From Rhodanobacteraceae bacterium (lineage in GTDB: Bacteria; Pseudomonadota; Gammaproteobacteria; Xanthomonadales; SZUA-5), in contig JANOQN010000072.1 in the NCBI GenBank assembly GCA_031422315.1, positions 9,048 to 73,047 of the forward strand: a stretch of DNA of 64,000 nucleotides, given 5' to 3'. Position numbers and translations under genes: made by a program. The notes below the pieces were generated by a model. That model did not search any database. It was not told the origin of the DNA and worked only from the letters and a program-made list of their open reading frames with translations. Positions within the stretch are counted from its first letter, which is position 1; each line of letters begins with the position of its first letter. Shown one piece after another: positions 36,384 through 45,429 of this stretch.

Positions 36384-37778
36384 ATGAAACTTCGATCAAA
36401 ACTTCATTACAGCATTGTCAGTGCTTTTGCGTTTGCGTTGACCAGCGTTGCAGCCGCGCAACCGGCTTTTACAAACCTCGCTTCATTGCCAGGCACCATG
36501 GAGGGTTCACCCATTATCTCCAGCAATAATCCTGAAAGCGTCAGCCGTGAAGGTTTGTTGCTATCGACCGATCAAATTACCATTACCGGTAATGCGCTGC
36601 GCCGCACCTTAAGCAACACTAATCTTGGTCAAGGCTGCCCAGCGGGCACGCTGAAAGAATTTGCCTTTTATATGCATCATTTGAACAACATTGGCACCGG
36701 CGCTCGCTATTACGTGATTCTTGAGCCAGCTACCGCGGGCACCACGCTAACCTTCAACGCCTATGGAGCAGCGATTTCGCAGTTTGATACCGGTTCGCTT
36801 GATCCTGGCAAAAGCCCTTCTTACAAGGTGAGCGAATCATTGCTGATGGGCCGACTCGCGAGCGGCGTTGCCACCAGTGGTGGTTCTACCTTTGTCAATT
36901 TGGCAGGTCAATCCATGAATGGTCCGTTTGCGATTGTCAATTTGCGTGCCGATTCGGGCAACTCAGTCGATGCACGCGTCAAAGTGCGTGCAGCTTCGTG
37001 CGTGCGGGTTCGCGTTGTAGCCGCTACTGAAGCAAACGGCTCGGTAGCGAAAGCCACCGCGCTAGGTCGAACCCAGTTTGCTTACGGCAACATTCCAACT
37101 CAATCGGGCAAACCCGGTGGCGCGCCTTGTACCGATGCCGCTGGCATCGGCTGGGGCCGATCTGCGGGCATCTATCAATTTGAACGCTGGAGCGGCGCGA
37201 CCAATGTCGGCATCAGCACAGCCGCTTCGACCCAAGGCTGGAAGTTTTTAGCCGCGCCATCGAACACACTATCAAACGGCAATTGCGTGATGAATCCGCC
37301 AACCGCAACGCCATCGAGTGATTCGCAACGCTCCAACGCGCTTGGCTACTATTTTACCAACACTTCAGGCGAATCTAGCCTACGCGACAGCGATCCATGG
37401 TCGACATCCAACTACGGTGCTGAATATAAGCTCAGCTTTAACACAACCAACCGAAGCGGCCGCTGTGTACTCGCAAGATTGCAGCTGACCAACTATCCAG
37501 GGCGTAAACTGTGCAGCGCGGTGCCACTCGCGGATTCTAGATCACGCGCGTACGACGGCGCTTTTAAAGTCACGCAAAACGGAGTCGCTCTGACCTCGTT
37601 AGCACGCGTCGCGACCAAATGCCCGGCCAGCAGCACTCTTCCTGAAGTTTCTACCATCGCGCGTAAGATTTTGACCGTGAATGAGTCTGTGCGTTGGGAC
37701 GTGCAAACCTTTATTCCAGGATTAATCTCAGCGCCAGCGGGTTTGTTGATGGTGTCTGAGCCAAGCGCCTGTCAATAG
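36384..37778 (+). CDS. Secreted hypothetical protein (possibly DUF3370-like)
   Basis: Signal peptide; ISSNNPE, GLLLST, F..HH and NYG.EY motifs. Confidence 0.6.
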   Translation: MKLRSKLHYSIVSAFAFALTSVAAAQPAFTNLASLPGTMEGSPIISSNNPESVSREGLLLSTDQITITGNALRRTLSNTNLGQGCPAGTLKEFAFYMHHLNNIGTGARYYVILEPATAGTTLTFNAYGAAISQFDTGSLDPGKSPSYKVSESLLMGRLASGVATSGGSTFVNLAGQSMNGPFAIVNLRADSGNSVDARVKVRAASCVRVRVVAATEANGSVAKATALGRTQFAYGNIPTQSGKPGGAPCTDAAGIGWGRSAGIYQFERWSGATNVGISTAASTQGWKFLAAPSNTLSNGNCVMNPPTATPSSDSQRSNALGYYFTNTSGESSLRDSDPWSTSNYGAEYKLSFNTTNRSGRCVLARLQLTNYPGRKLCSAVPLADSRSRAYDGAFKVTQNGVALTSLARVATKCPASSTLPEVSTIARKILTVNESVRWDVQTFIPGLISAPAGLLMVSEPSACQ

Positions 37779-37827
37779 TCATCTAAGAAAATTAAAGATT
37801 GGGCTTAGCGCTTTTGCTAGCCCACAC

Positions 37828-37870
37828 AATAAAAGGCCAGCGAACTTATAACTCGCTGGCCTTTTTTATT
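37828..37870. terminator. Bidirectional intrinsic terminator
   Basis: AATAAAAGGCCAGCGA-loop-TCGCTGGCCTTTTTTATT between convergent genes. Confidence 0.85.
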
Positions 37871-37890
37871 CGCTTCGAAAGCGCATTGGG

Positions 37891-38127
37891 CTAGTGCGCA
37901 ATGCCGTAGTCATCCAGCTTTTTTCGCAAGGTCGCTCGACTTAAGCCGAGCAGCTCGGCCGCATGCGTCAAATTATTGGCGCAGTGCTTGAGCGCCTCTT
38001 CAAGCAGGGGTTTTTCGACTTCCGCAAGCACCACGCGGTGCAGCTGCATCGGTGGGTGCCCGCTAGTCGCTAAAAGGTAGCGGCGCACGGCTTCCCGGCT
38101 GTGTTGGGTTAGACTGGAATTGGGCAC
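37891..38127 (-). CDS. fis: Fis-family DNA-binding protein
   Basis: VLAEVEKPLL...N...AA.LLG..R.TLRKKL; start re-assigned to GTG 38127. Confidence 0.8.
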   Translation of the reverse strand: MPNSSLTQHSREAVRRYLLATSGHPPMQLHRVVLAEVEKPLLEEALKHCANNLTHAAELLGLSRATLRKKLDDYGIAH

Positions 38128-38284
38128 GGTGATGTGAAGCTTCAGTAACACGAGCCGCAGTCTAGCGCCACACATGAGCACAAATGTGAAGGCTCGGCGC
38201 AACCTGGGAAGATGTGCAAAATGGTTACGAATTAACCTAAAAATAGTTACTTGTTATGCGCCGATTGGTCGTGACAAACAGCGG

Positions 38285-38443
38285 CTATTTCAACAGCCAA
38301 CCTAACGCAGCGAGCAGCGCAAATGCGCCGATTAACAGCCACTGGCGGCCGCTTGATACTTCGCTGCGATTTTCAATCTGGCGGCCGAACGAGGTTGATC
38401 GGCGCGCCTCATTCGCTTGCCCGTTTGTTTGAAAGTCGCTCAT
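38285..38443 (-). CDS. 52-aa protein with C-terminal TM helix (below ORF-track cutoff)
   Basis: Hand translation MSDFQTNG...WLLIGAFALLAALGWLLK; directly downstream of the dsbA pair. Confidence 0.5.
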   Translation of the reverse strand: MSDFQTNGQANEARRSTSFGRQIENRSEVSSGRQWLLIGAFALLAALGWLLK

Positions 38444-38476
38444 GAAAGTCAGCTTTGGCCCAATGCTTTACAAACG

Positions 38477-39163
38477 CTATTTCTTAACCGGCGCAGCAAT
38501 CGTCGCCGGAACTACAGGGGCTTGCACCGCTTTGCGCTCTAACAACTCTTTTTGCACCAGAAAATCAAGGGTTTTAATGACTTCTGGAAACCCAATTTTC
38601 TTTTGCGTATCGGAAACGATGCGATATTTTCCAGCAACAATAATGGTTGGCGTACCGTCTATTTCATATCGGGGAGCAAGAAGTTTTGAACGAGCAATTT
38701 TGCTGTTTACACCAAAAGATTTTGCTACTTTCAAAAAATCAGCGGGTTTGACGCCATAGTTAGCGTAAAAACTTGACAGATCCTCTGCCGTGCTCATTTT
38801 TTTATTTTGCTTAAATAAAGCATCAAAAAGCGGTGTGTGGGTTTTCTCTAAAACTCCGAGCGCCTCCGAAGCGTAATAAGCACGCGCAAAAACCTCCCAA
38901 AGCGAGTTCCAAGCCATGGGAATCCGAACGAATTTAACTTGGACCGGCGCCCTTGCCTTCCATGCCTGAATTGACGGCTCAAAACCAGCGCAACCACCAC
39001 ACGCATACGAAAACGCCTCCAGCACTTCGATTTGATCGGCGCTGGTAGACACCGGTTGAGCCTGCTTCAAACGGGTGTAATCGAAGCCTTCGCGAGGCTG
39101 CGCGATGACCGCGTTGACCCAAACGAGTGCAATCAGTGCAAAAAATTTAGTGGCGAATTTCAA
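38477..39163 (-). CDS. dsbA: Thiol:disulfide interchange protein DsbA/DsbL
   Basis: EAFSYACGGC, GTP motif; TTG start after GGAG. Confidence 0.88.
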   Translation of the reverse strand: MKFATKFFALIALVWVNAVIAQPREGFDYTRLKQAQPVSTSADQIEVLEAFSYACGGCAGFEPSIQAWKARAPVQVKFVRIPMAWNSLWEVFARAYYASEALGVLEKTHTPLFDALFKQNKKMSTAEDLSSFYANYGVKPADFLKVAKSFGVNSKIARSKLLAPRYEIDGTPTIIVAGKYRIVSDTQKKIGFPEVIKTLDFLVQKELLERKAVQAPVVPATIAAPVKK

Positions 39164-39227
39164 GTAAAGCTCCAGCAAATAAATGGGAAATGGCGAATAA
39201 GCTAATTTTCGGGGCAATCTTTCGGCG

Positions 39228-39893
39228 CTATTTTTTACGCTGCGCAGCGGTAAGCACTACCAGATAGTTAATCAGCTCCGGCACTGCTTCCATCGAGCCG
39301 GCTGAGGTCAAATCAAAGCGATATTTTCCATCAATCACCATCGCTGGCGTGCCCTCAACTTCATATTTCGGCACGCGATCAACCGAGTTTTGCAACTTGG
39401 CATCTAAGCCGGTCGCTAAGAACGCATCGCCAAACTGTTTGGCGGTAATGCCCAAGCCAGCACTGCCATACCAGTTTGCAACGTCTTCCATGCTGGCAAA
39501 CGGTTTGCGCTCAGCGTGAATCGCTTTAAAAAATGCGCCATGCGATTTATCCAACACGTTTAGAGCTTGCGCTGTATAAAACGCACGCGCGAACGGTACC
39601 CAGCTTTGATTGAAAATGGCTGGCAATAAAACTAGCTGCGCATTAGCAGGTTTTTTCGCTTTCCAAGTTTGAATAATCGGCTCAAACGTCGCGCAGTGAG
39701 AGCAGGCATAAGAAAACACTTCCAACACTTCGATGTTTGCGCCCGTGCTAACCGGTTGCGGTGCTTTTAGCTTGAAATAATGCGTGCCTTCGACGAATTT
39801 TGACTGCGCAAATGCGCTGTTTGCGCCAAAAATAAATGCGGCAGAAGCGATGGCAAGCGCGGCGCGGCGCGTCAAGTTAAAAACAAGAGACAT
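39228..39893 (-). CDS. dsbA: Thiol:disulfide interchange protein DsbA/DsbL
   Basis: EVFSYACSHC, GTP motif. Confidence 0.9.
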   Translation of the reverse strand: MSLVFNLTRRAALAIASAAFIFGANSAFAQSKFVEGTHYFKLKAPQPVSTGANIEVLEVFSYACSHCATFEPIIQTWKAKKPANAQLVLLPAIFNQSWVPFARAFYTAQALNVLDKSHGAFFKAIHAERKPFASMEDVANWYGSAGLGITAKQFGDAFLATGLDAKLQNSVDRVPKYEVEGTPAMVIDGKYRFDLTSAGSMEAVPELINYLVVLTAAQRKK

Positions 39894-40024
39894 AATTTTT
39901 CCTGGGTTGCTTATTTAATTTGGAGTTGTAACGTGTGGAGCCAGCCGCGCGGTTGGTCAATCGAGCAGCGGGCCGAGTTCCAAAACTGATTGGCAACCGC
40001 TACTACCGGTGCCTGTTTGTTCAG

Positions 40025-40711
40025 CTAATTGGACGTAGTTGGCCTAACCGTGTGCAGACCTTGCACGTAGCTAGAAAGCGCTTTGATTTCGTCGTCCGTC
40101 AAGTTGTGTGCCACTTGCGACATTACCGCATTGTTTTGCGCACCATCTTTGCCGTAAATCATGCCTTCGCGAAACCGCTCAAGCTGAGATTTGGTGTAGT
40201 CATAATGCTGCCCAGCAATTGCTGGATAGGCCGAACCCGGATTGCCGCGCCCGCTCGGGCCGTGGCAGCCCATGCAAGATGGCAAGCCATTGCGGCCGCC
40301 GCGATATAGCGCCTGACCTTTCTCGACGACAGTTTCGTCAGCATTGCCGACGCTTACTTTTTGTGTGGCGTAATAGGCTGCAATATCGGCCATGTCTTGC
40401 TCAGATAGCGCCGAAGCAAATGCCGCCATAATCGCGTTTTCGCGCTCGCCTGATTTAAACAGCTGCAAATGCCTAACCAAATAAGCGGGATGTTGCCCTG
40501 CGATTTTCGGATTGGCCGGATCAGTGCTGTTGCCATCAACGCCGTGGCAAGCGATGCACGTCGCAGCTTTTTCCTGGCCCGCTTTCGCATCGCCTGCAGC
40601 ATGTACCGATGAAACCGCTAGCAAGCCTGAAAACAACACGCCAACAGACAGGGCCGGTAAAGCCATAGCCATCAACAATCCCCTGGAGAATTCCGCAATA
40701 CGCAACGCCAT
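40025..40711 (-). CDS. Di-haem cytochrome c4
   Basis: CIACH and CMGCH; divergent from engB, the usual arrangement. Confidence 0.93.
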   Translation of the reverse strand: MALRIAEFSRGLLMAMALPALSVGVLFSGLLAVSSVHAAGDAKAGQEKAATCIACHGVDGNSTDPANPKIAGQHPAYLVRHLQLFKSGERENAIMAAFASALSEQDMADIAAYYATQKVSVGNADETVVEKGQALYRGGRNGLPSCMGCHGPSGRGNPGSAYPAIAGQHYDYTKSQLERFREGMIYGKDGAQNNAVMSQVAHNLTDDEIKALSSYVQGLHTVRPTTSN

Positions 40712-40846
40712 AATTTCAACCTCTTGATTTAATACGAAATTCTAGTTTCAAAACGAAATACTTCTCGCACCGTGCGCTTGACCAATAGCCCAAACGGTGG
40801 ATTTCAAATAATAATCGATAATAAACGATATCAGCAGGATTTGAGC

Positions 40847-41527
40847 ATGCTCAACGAAACCGAACTTAAGCAGCGCTTCAAGAGCGCGGCCTTCATCGCC
40901 AGCAGCCCGACCGTGGCGCAGTGCCCGCCCGATGGCGGCTTTGAGGTCGCTTTCGCCGGACGCTCAAACGCCGGCAAATCCAGCGCTATTAATGCCTTGA
41001 CCGATCAAGGCGATTTAGCGCGGGTATCGAAAACCCCCGGCCGTACCCAGCATTTGGTGTTTTTTGATCTGTCGCAAAATCGTCGCTTGGTCGATTTACC
41101 GGGCTATGGCTATGCCAAAGTTCCCGAAGCCATTCGCACTGCCTGGCGCGGCGTGATTGACGAATACCTGCGCGAACGCGTCGCCCTACAAGGTTTGGTA
41201 TTGGTAATGGATATCCGCCTGCCGTTCACTGATTTCGATCAGCAGATGCTGGCGTGGACTAAAGCGCGAGGTCTTGCCACGTTGGTGCTTTTGACCAAAT
41301 CCGACAAACTCAAGCGCGGCCCAGCGCTAGATGTGCTGCGTAAAGTCAAAAAAGAGCTGCCCAACCATGCGCCGAACGCGACGGTTGAACTATTTTCCGC
41401 CGAAACCAAAACCGGCGTACAAATCGCGCGCTGGAAGCTGGCTGAGTGGTACAACTGGGCCACGCCTAGGCCAGCTGCGAACGGTGCTGCTGACGCCGAT
41501 CGGGTAATCGTCAAAACGGTTACGTAG
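40847..41527 (+). CDS. engB: GTP-binding protein EngB/YihA
   Basis: GRSNAGKSS, SKTPGRT, DLPGYG, TKSD. Confidence 0.96.
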   Translation: MLNETELKQRFKSAAFIASSPTVAQCPPDGGFEVAFAGRSNAGKSSAINALTDQGDLARVSKTPGRTQHLVFFDLSQNRRLVDLPGYGYAKVPEAIRTAWRGVIDEYLRERVALQGLVLVMDIRLPFTDFDQQMLAWTKARGLATLVLLTKSDKLKRGPALDVLRKVKKELPNHAPNATVELFSAETKTGVQIARWKLAEWYNWATPRPAANGAADADRVIVKTVT

Positions 41528-41575
41528 CCGAACAAGGTATCAATATCCGCCGATATTGCCGAACCGGAGCGCGCC

Positions 41576-42181
41576 TTGATTTTACCCAATAAATTGTACA
41601 TCACCAACCAAATTGATCTGCATAAGGCAGAAGAGAAAGTCAGCAAACAAAAGGCTAAGCAGCTATTTGAAAGCGGTGAAATTCATCGCATAGAAGTCGG
41701 CACGTTCAACGGGCTTGCGCAGATTCACGCGTTCTTATTTGGTGACATTTACGATTTGGCTGGTCAAATGCGCGATGTCAATATTGCCAAAGGCAATTTT
41801 CGCTTTGCACCGCTCATGTATCTTGAGCAATCACTCACACATATCAGCAAAATGCCGCAGGGCAGCTTCGATCAAGTCATAGAAAAATACATCGAAATGA
41901 ATATCGCCCATCCTTTTCGTGAGGGCAATGGGCGTGCCACGAGAATATGGTTAGATTTGATTTTAAAACAAGAATTAAAACGCGTCATTGATTGGAATGC
42001 GGTAGATAAATCCGATTACCTATCCGCGGTGGAACGCAGCGTGGTGAAAGATATCGAGCTAAAGCACCTGCTGCAGCCCGCCCTTACCGACCAAATCGAT
42101 GACCGCGCCGTGTTTATGCAAGGAATTGACGTTAGCTATTACTACGAAGGCTATAGCGAGTTCAAGATTGAGGATGTCTAG
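41576..42181 (+). CDS. fic: Fic-domain protein adenylyltransferase
   Basis: HPFREGNGRATR. Confidence 0.92.
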   Translation: MILPNKLYITNQIDLHKAEEKVSKQKAKQLFESGEIHRIEVGTFNGLAQIHAFLFGDIYDLAGQMRDVNIAKGNFRFAPLMYLEQSLTHISKMPQGSFDQVIEKYIEMNIAHPFREGNGRATRIWLDLILKQELKRVIDWNAVDKSDYLSAVERSVVKDIELKHLLQPALTDQIDDRAVFMQGIDVSYYYEGYSEFKIEDV

Positions 42182-42289
42182 CATCAGCGCTAATGCCAAA
42201 CAATGAGGTTTCTAACGCTTTTCCTAACATTTTCTCAATTTTGACACTTACTTGCGCTATCCTGCGACATCTCAAACAGGAAGCGAAAG

Positions 42290-42859
42290 GTGATGCAAGC
42301 TCACACCGCGCGGGTTTTGTCGCTCGATAGCGCAGGACGGATTTTGGATTGGATCAGCTGGCAAGACGCTGTTTGCCTTTACGTGCGCGGGGCGGTTGCT
42401 TGGACTTTAGGTGAGCCTTGCATGTCGATTCGCGGTGGCCACAGCCGCCTACTTGGTACACAAAGCGTTATTGACTTGCACCCGATTGTCGCGAGCCGTG
42501 GCAAATCGAAAATCACGATTGCCAATCAAACCCCAACGCTGACGAATATGGCGCTGTTCGCACGTGATCGCAACCTTTGCCTGTACTGTGGCGAATCATT
42601 TACGCGCACGGAGCTCACCCGAGATCACGTGGTGCCGCTGTCCAAAGGCGGGCGCGACACCTGGATTAACGTGGTCAGCGCTTGTTTGTACTGCAATACT
42701 CGCAAGGGCTCAAGGTCCCCACAGCAAGCTAGCATGCCGTTGTTGGCAGTGCCCTATCGGCCGAGTTGGGTCGAGCATTTGGTGCTCAGTAATCGCAATA
42801 TTTTGACGGACCAAATGGAATTTTTGCGATCTCATTTGCCAAAGCGCCCTCGCGGCTAG
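42290..42859 (+). CDS. HNH endonuclease
   Basis: RD...CLYCG, TRDHVVPLSKGG, W.NVV.AC..CN.RKG. Confidence 0.9.
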   Translation: MMQAHTARVLSLDSAGRILDWISWQDAVCLYVRGAVAWTLGEPCMSIRGGHSRLLGTQSVIDLHPIVASRGKSKITIANQTPTLTNMALFARDRNLCLYCGESFTRTELTRDHVVPLSKGGRDTWINVVSACLYCNTRKGSRSPQQASMPLLAVPYRPSWVEHLVLSNRNILTDQMEFLRSHLPKRPRG

Positions 42860-42869
42860 CGATTCATTA

Positions 42870-44126
42870 GTGAGGCTTAACGCAGCAGTAAAATCAGCTG
42901 ACTTTTCGGACTGTGACATTGCGATCGTCGGCGGTGGCTTAGTTGGCTGCAGCCTTTTTTTAGCGTTAAAAAATAGCGGCTTAAGGATTGCGCTGATCGA
43001 AGCCCATACCCTAGCGGCGCAGACTGAATCAGAAGCTGATGCACGCCACTTGGCGCTTAACGCAAAAAGTGTCGCCACACTAGCAGCGCTTGGCGTGCCG
43101 CTGGATTTGCAAAATGCCAGCGCAATTATGCAGGTGCGCATCAATCGCGCGGGTGAGTTTGGCCGCGTCGATTTAATCGCAGCGGAGCATGGCCTGCCCA
43201 ATTTTGGCCAGTTGATTCCTGCGTATCGGTTGGGTGCTGCGCTGCACGCGACGGTCACGCTAGCTTGTGAAAAAAATCCGCTGATGCAGCAAATACAACC
43301 AGCTCGATTGACTGACTTAAATTTGAACGAAAGCGAGGCAGCGCTTAGCCTAGCTGTGGGTTCCGGCGACACCAAAACCAAGATGACGTTGCATGCGCAA
43401 CTCGTGATTGGCGCCGATGGAACGCAAAGCGCAGTGTGTAAGCTAGCCGGGTTGGGCAGCCTCAGCAAAAACCGTGACTATCAGCAAAGCGCGCTGGTGT
43501 TCAATTTTTCCAGCGATCTACGCCTCCAAGGCTTGGCACTAGAGCGTTTCACCAACACCGGCCCGCTGGCAGTTTTACCGCTGCCCAATCGCCGATTCGG
43601 CGCGGTTTGGACGCTGCCTAACGAACTAGCACAGGCCTTTCAAGCCGCGCCAGATGCGCTCCGCACTGCGTTCCAAAACGCACTCGGAAGCAGTTTCGGC
43701 CGCATTAGCCAGCTCAGCAAAGCCGCAATTTGGCCACTAAAAATGCAGCAATGCCAGCCAAATGTGGGCACTCGCGTGGCGCTTATTGGCAATGCCGCGC
43801 AAACCATTCACCCGCTCGGTGCGCAGGGCTTTAATTTAGGGCTGCGCGACGCGGTGCACATGGCGGAATTTATCGATCAGCTTAGCAGCCCAGCAGAGTG
43901 CGCGGCACGCGCTAGCCAGTCCGAGTTTTTTACCGAATTTGCCGCTCAGCGCGCGCCTGATCGGCAAAAAACCATTGCCTTTAGCGATGGTTTGCTGGCC
44001 GCCACGCAGAGTCAAAGCCTATTGAGCCGCGGCTTGCGCGGCGTTGGATTCGCCCTGCTTGCTGGCAATCCACTGTTACAGCGTGACGTCATACGTTTCG
44101 GCGTTGGCTACACCCGCACTGTTTAA
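42870..44126 (+). CDS. ubiH: 2-octaprenyl-6-methoxyphenol hydroxylase
   Basis: GGGLVG, GADG, GNAAQTIHPLGAQGFNLGLRD. Confidence 0.85.
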   Translation: MRLNAAVKSADFSDCDIAIVGGGLVGCSLFLALKNSGLRIALIEAHTLAAQTESEADARHLALNAKSVATLAALGVPLDLQNASAIMQVRINRAGEFGRVDLIAAEHGLPNFGQLIPAYRLGAALHATVTLACEKNPLMQQIQPARLTDLNLNESEAALSLAVGSGDTKTKMTLHAQLVIGADGTQSAVCKLAGLGSLSKNRDYQQSALVFNFSSDLRLQGLALERFTNTGPLAVLPLPNRRFGAVWTLPNELAQAFQAAPDALRTAFQNALGSSFGRISQLSKAAIWPLKMQQCQPNVGTRVALIGNAAQTIHPLGAQGFNLGLRDAVHMAEFIDQLSSPAECAARASQSEFFTEFAAQRAPDRQKTIAFSDGLLAATQSQSLLSRGLRGVGFALLAGNPLLQRDVIRFGVGYTRTV

Positions 44127-44139
44127 ACTGTCAGAACAC

Positions 44140-45357
44140 ATGAGCCCTATGGAATCTAGCCGCGAACCTAAACTCGCAACCAGGCGCGATGCGCTTGATG
44201 CCATTATCGTAGGCGGTGGCGCAGTCGCGCTGACCGCCGCGCTGGCCCTAAGCTATGCACCCGAAAATGGCAAAACAGCGCTCAAATGTGCACTCGTTCA
44301 AAAACAGGTACCCGAGCCGCTTCGCCCTGAGCTCGACCCGCGCGTGTACGCCCTTGCACCGGACGTGTTGGCTAAACTAACCCAATTGGGCGTGACCTTA
44401 GCTTCCGCACGCACCCATCCCTATCAGCACATGCGGGTGTGGGACGCTAACAGCGGGTTGGAATTTAACGCCGCCGAATATGGCTGGCATGCGCTGGGTG
44501 AAATTGTCGAGCACCGCGTACTAATTGATGCGCTTTGGCAGGCGCTAAAACGCAGCACAGTGCGCATCCTAGAAGCCAATGCTAGCCTCAGCTTCGATGC
44601 GCGCGGTGCACTGATCGACACGCCGAACGAAACCCTGCGCGCCGAGTTAATCATTGCCGCCGATGGCGCACATTCACCTTTGCGGCTAGCGGCCGGCATT
44701 AAATCAACCGCGCATGATTACCAACAAACTGCGTTGGTATTGAACGTAAAAACCGATGCGCCGCAGCCCCTCACTTGCGCATGGCAACGCTTTTATGCAG
44801 ATACCACACTGGCGTTTCTACCGCTGCCAAATGGAGTATTTAACGTAGTGTGGTCACTGCCCTCGCCCGCTGCTGAGCGCATGACGGCCTTACCAGACGC
44901 GGCGTTTTTGGCGGAGCTGCAAAGCGCAAGCGTTGATAAAGCGGGCCAGCTCAGTGCGCCTGGGCCCCGCCAATCTGCACCACTGCAGCGCATGTTGGCT
45001 GAGCGCTACGTGCAAAATGGCGTTGTGCTGGTGGGCGATTCGGCGCACTGCGTACATCCGATGGCCGGTCAAGGCTTAAATATGGGTCTGCGCGATTGCT
45101 TCGCGCTGGCTCGGCACTTACAAAACAATGTCAGCAAAGTCGAACGCCAACGTGCGCTGCGCCGCTACGAACGGGAACGCCGCAGCGAAAACAGCATCAG
45201 CACGTACGGCATTGAAACGCTACAAAGCCTATTTGCGCCTGATAAAGGCCCGATTGCATTGGCGCGTCGATTTGGCCTGCAAGCGGTGAATCAGATCTCG
45301 CCCATCAAACGGCTTTTCGCTGAACTTGCGGCCGGGAAGATTGCCGGCTGGCTATAG
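44140..45357 (+). CDS. ubiI: UbiI/VisC/UbiF family hydroxylase
   Basis: GGG, ADGAHS, GDSAHCVHPMAGQGLNMG; follows ubiH. Confidence 0.8.
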   Translation: MSPMESSREPKLATRRDALDAIIVGGGAVALTAALALSYAPENGKTALKCALVQKQVPEPLRPELDPRVYALAPDVLAKLTQLGVTLASARTHPYQHMRVWDANSGLEFNAAEYGWHALGEIVEHRVLIDALWQALKRSTVRILEANASLSFDARGALIDTPNETLRAELIIAADGAHSPLRLAAGIKSTAHDYQQTALVLNVKTDAPQPLTCAWQRFYADTTLAFLPLPNGVFNVVWSLPSPAAERMTALPDAAFLAELQSASVDKAGQLSAPGPRQSAPLQRMLAERYVQNGVVLVGDSAHCVHPMAGQGLNMGLRDCFALARHLQNNVSKVERQRALRRYERERRSENSISTYGIETLQSLFAPDKGPIALARRFGLQAVNQISPIKRLFAELAAGKIAGWL

Positions 45358-45429
45358 CTTTTGTTGAGCAACGCACATTTGAAGTGCTAACCTCAACACA
45401 AATTTCTCAAACTACGATAAAAATTGCCT

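Noticed and set aside
41576-42859. fic plus HNH as a defence system
   Set aside because: Both look like ordinary stand-alone families placed among housekeeping genes (engB, ubiH), with no other defence context.
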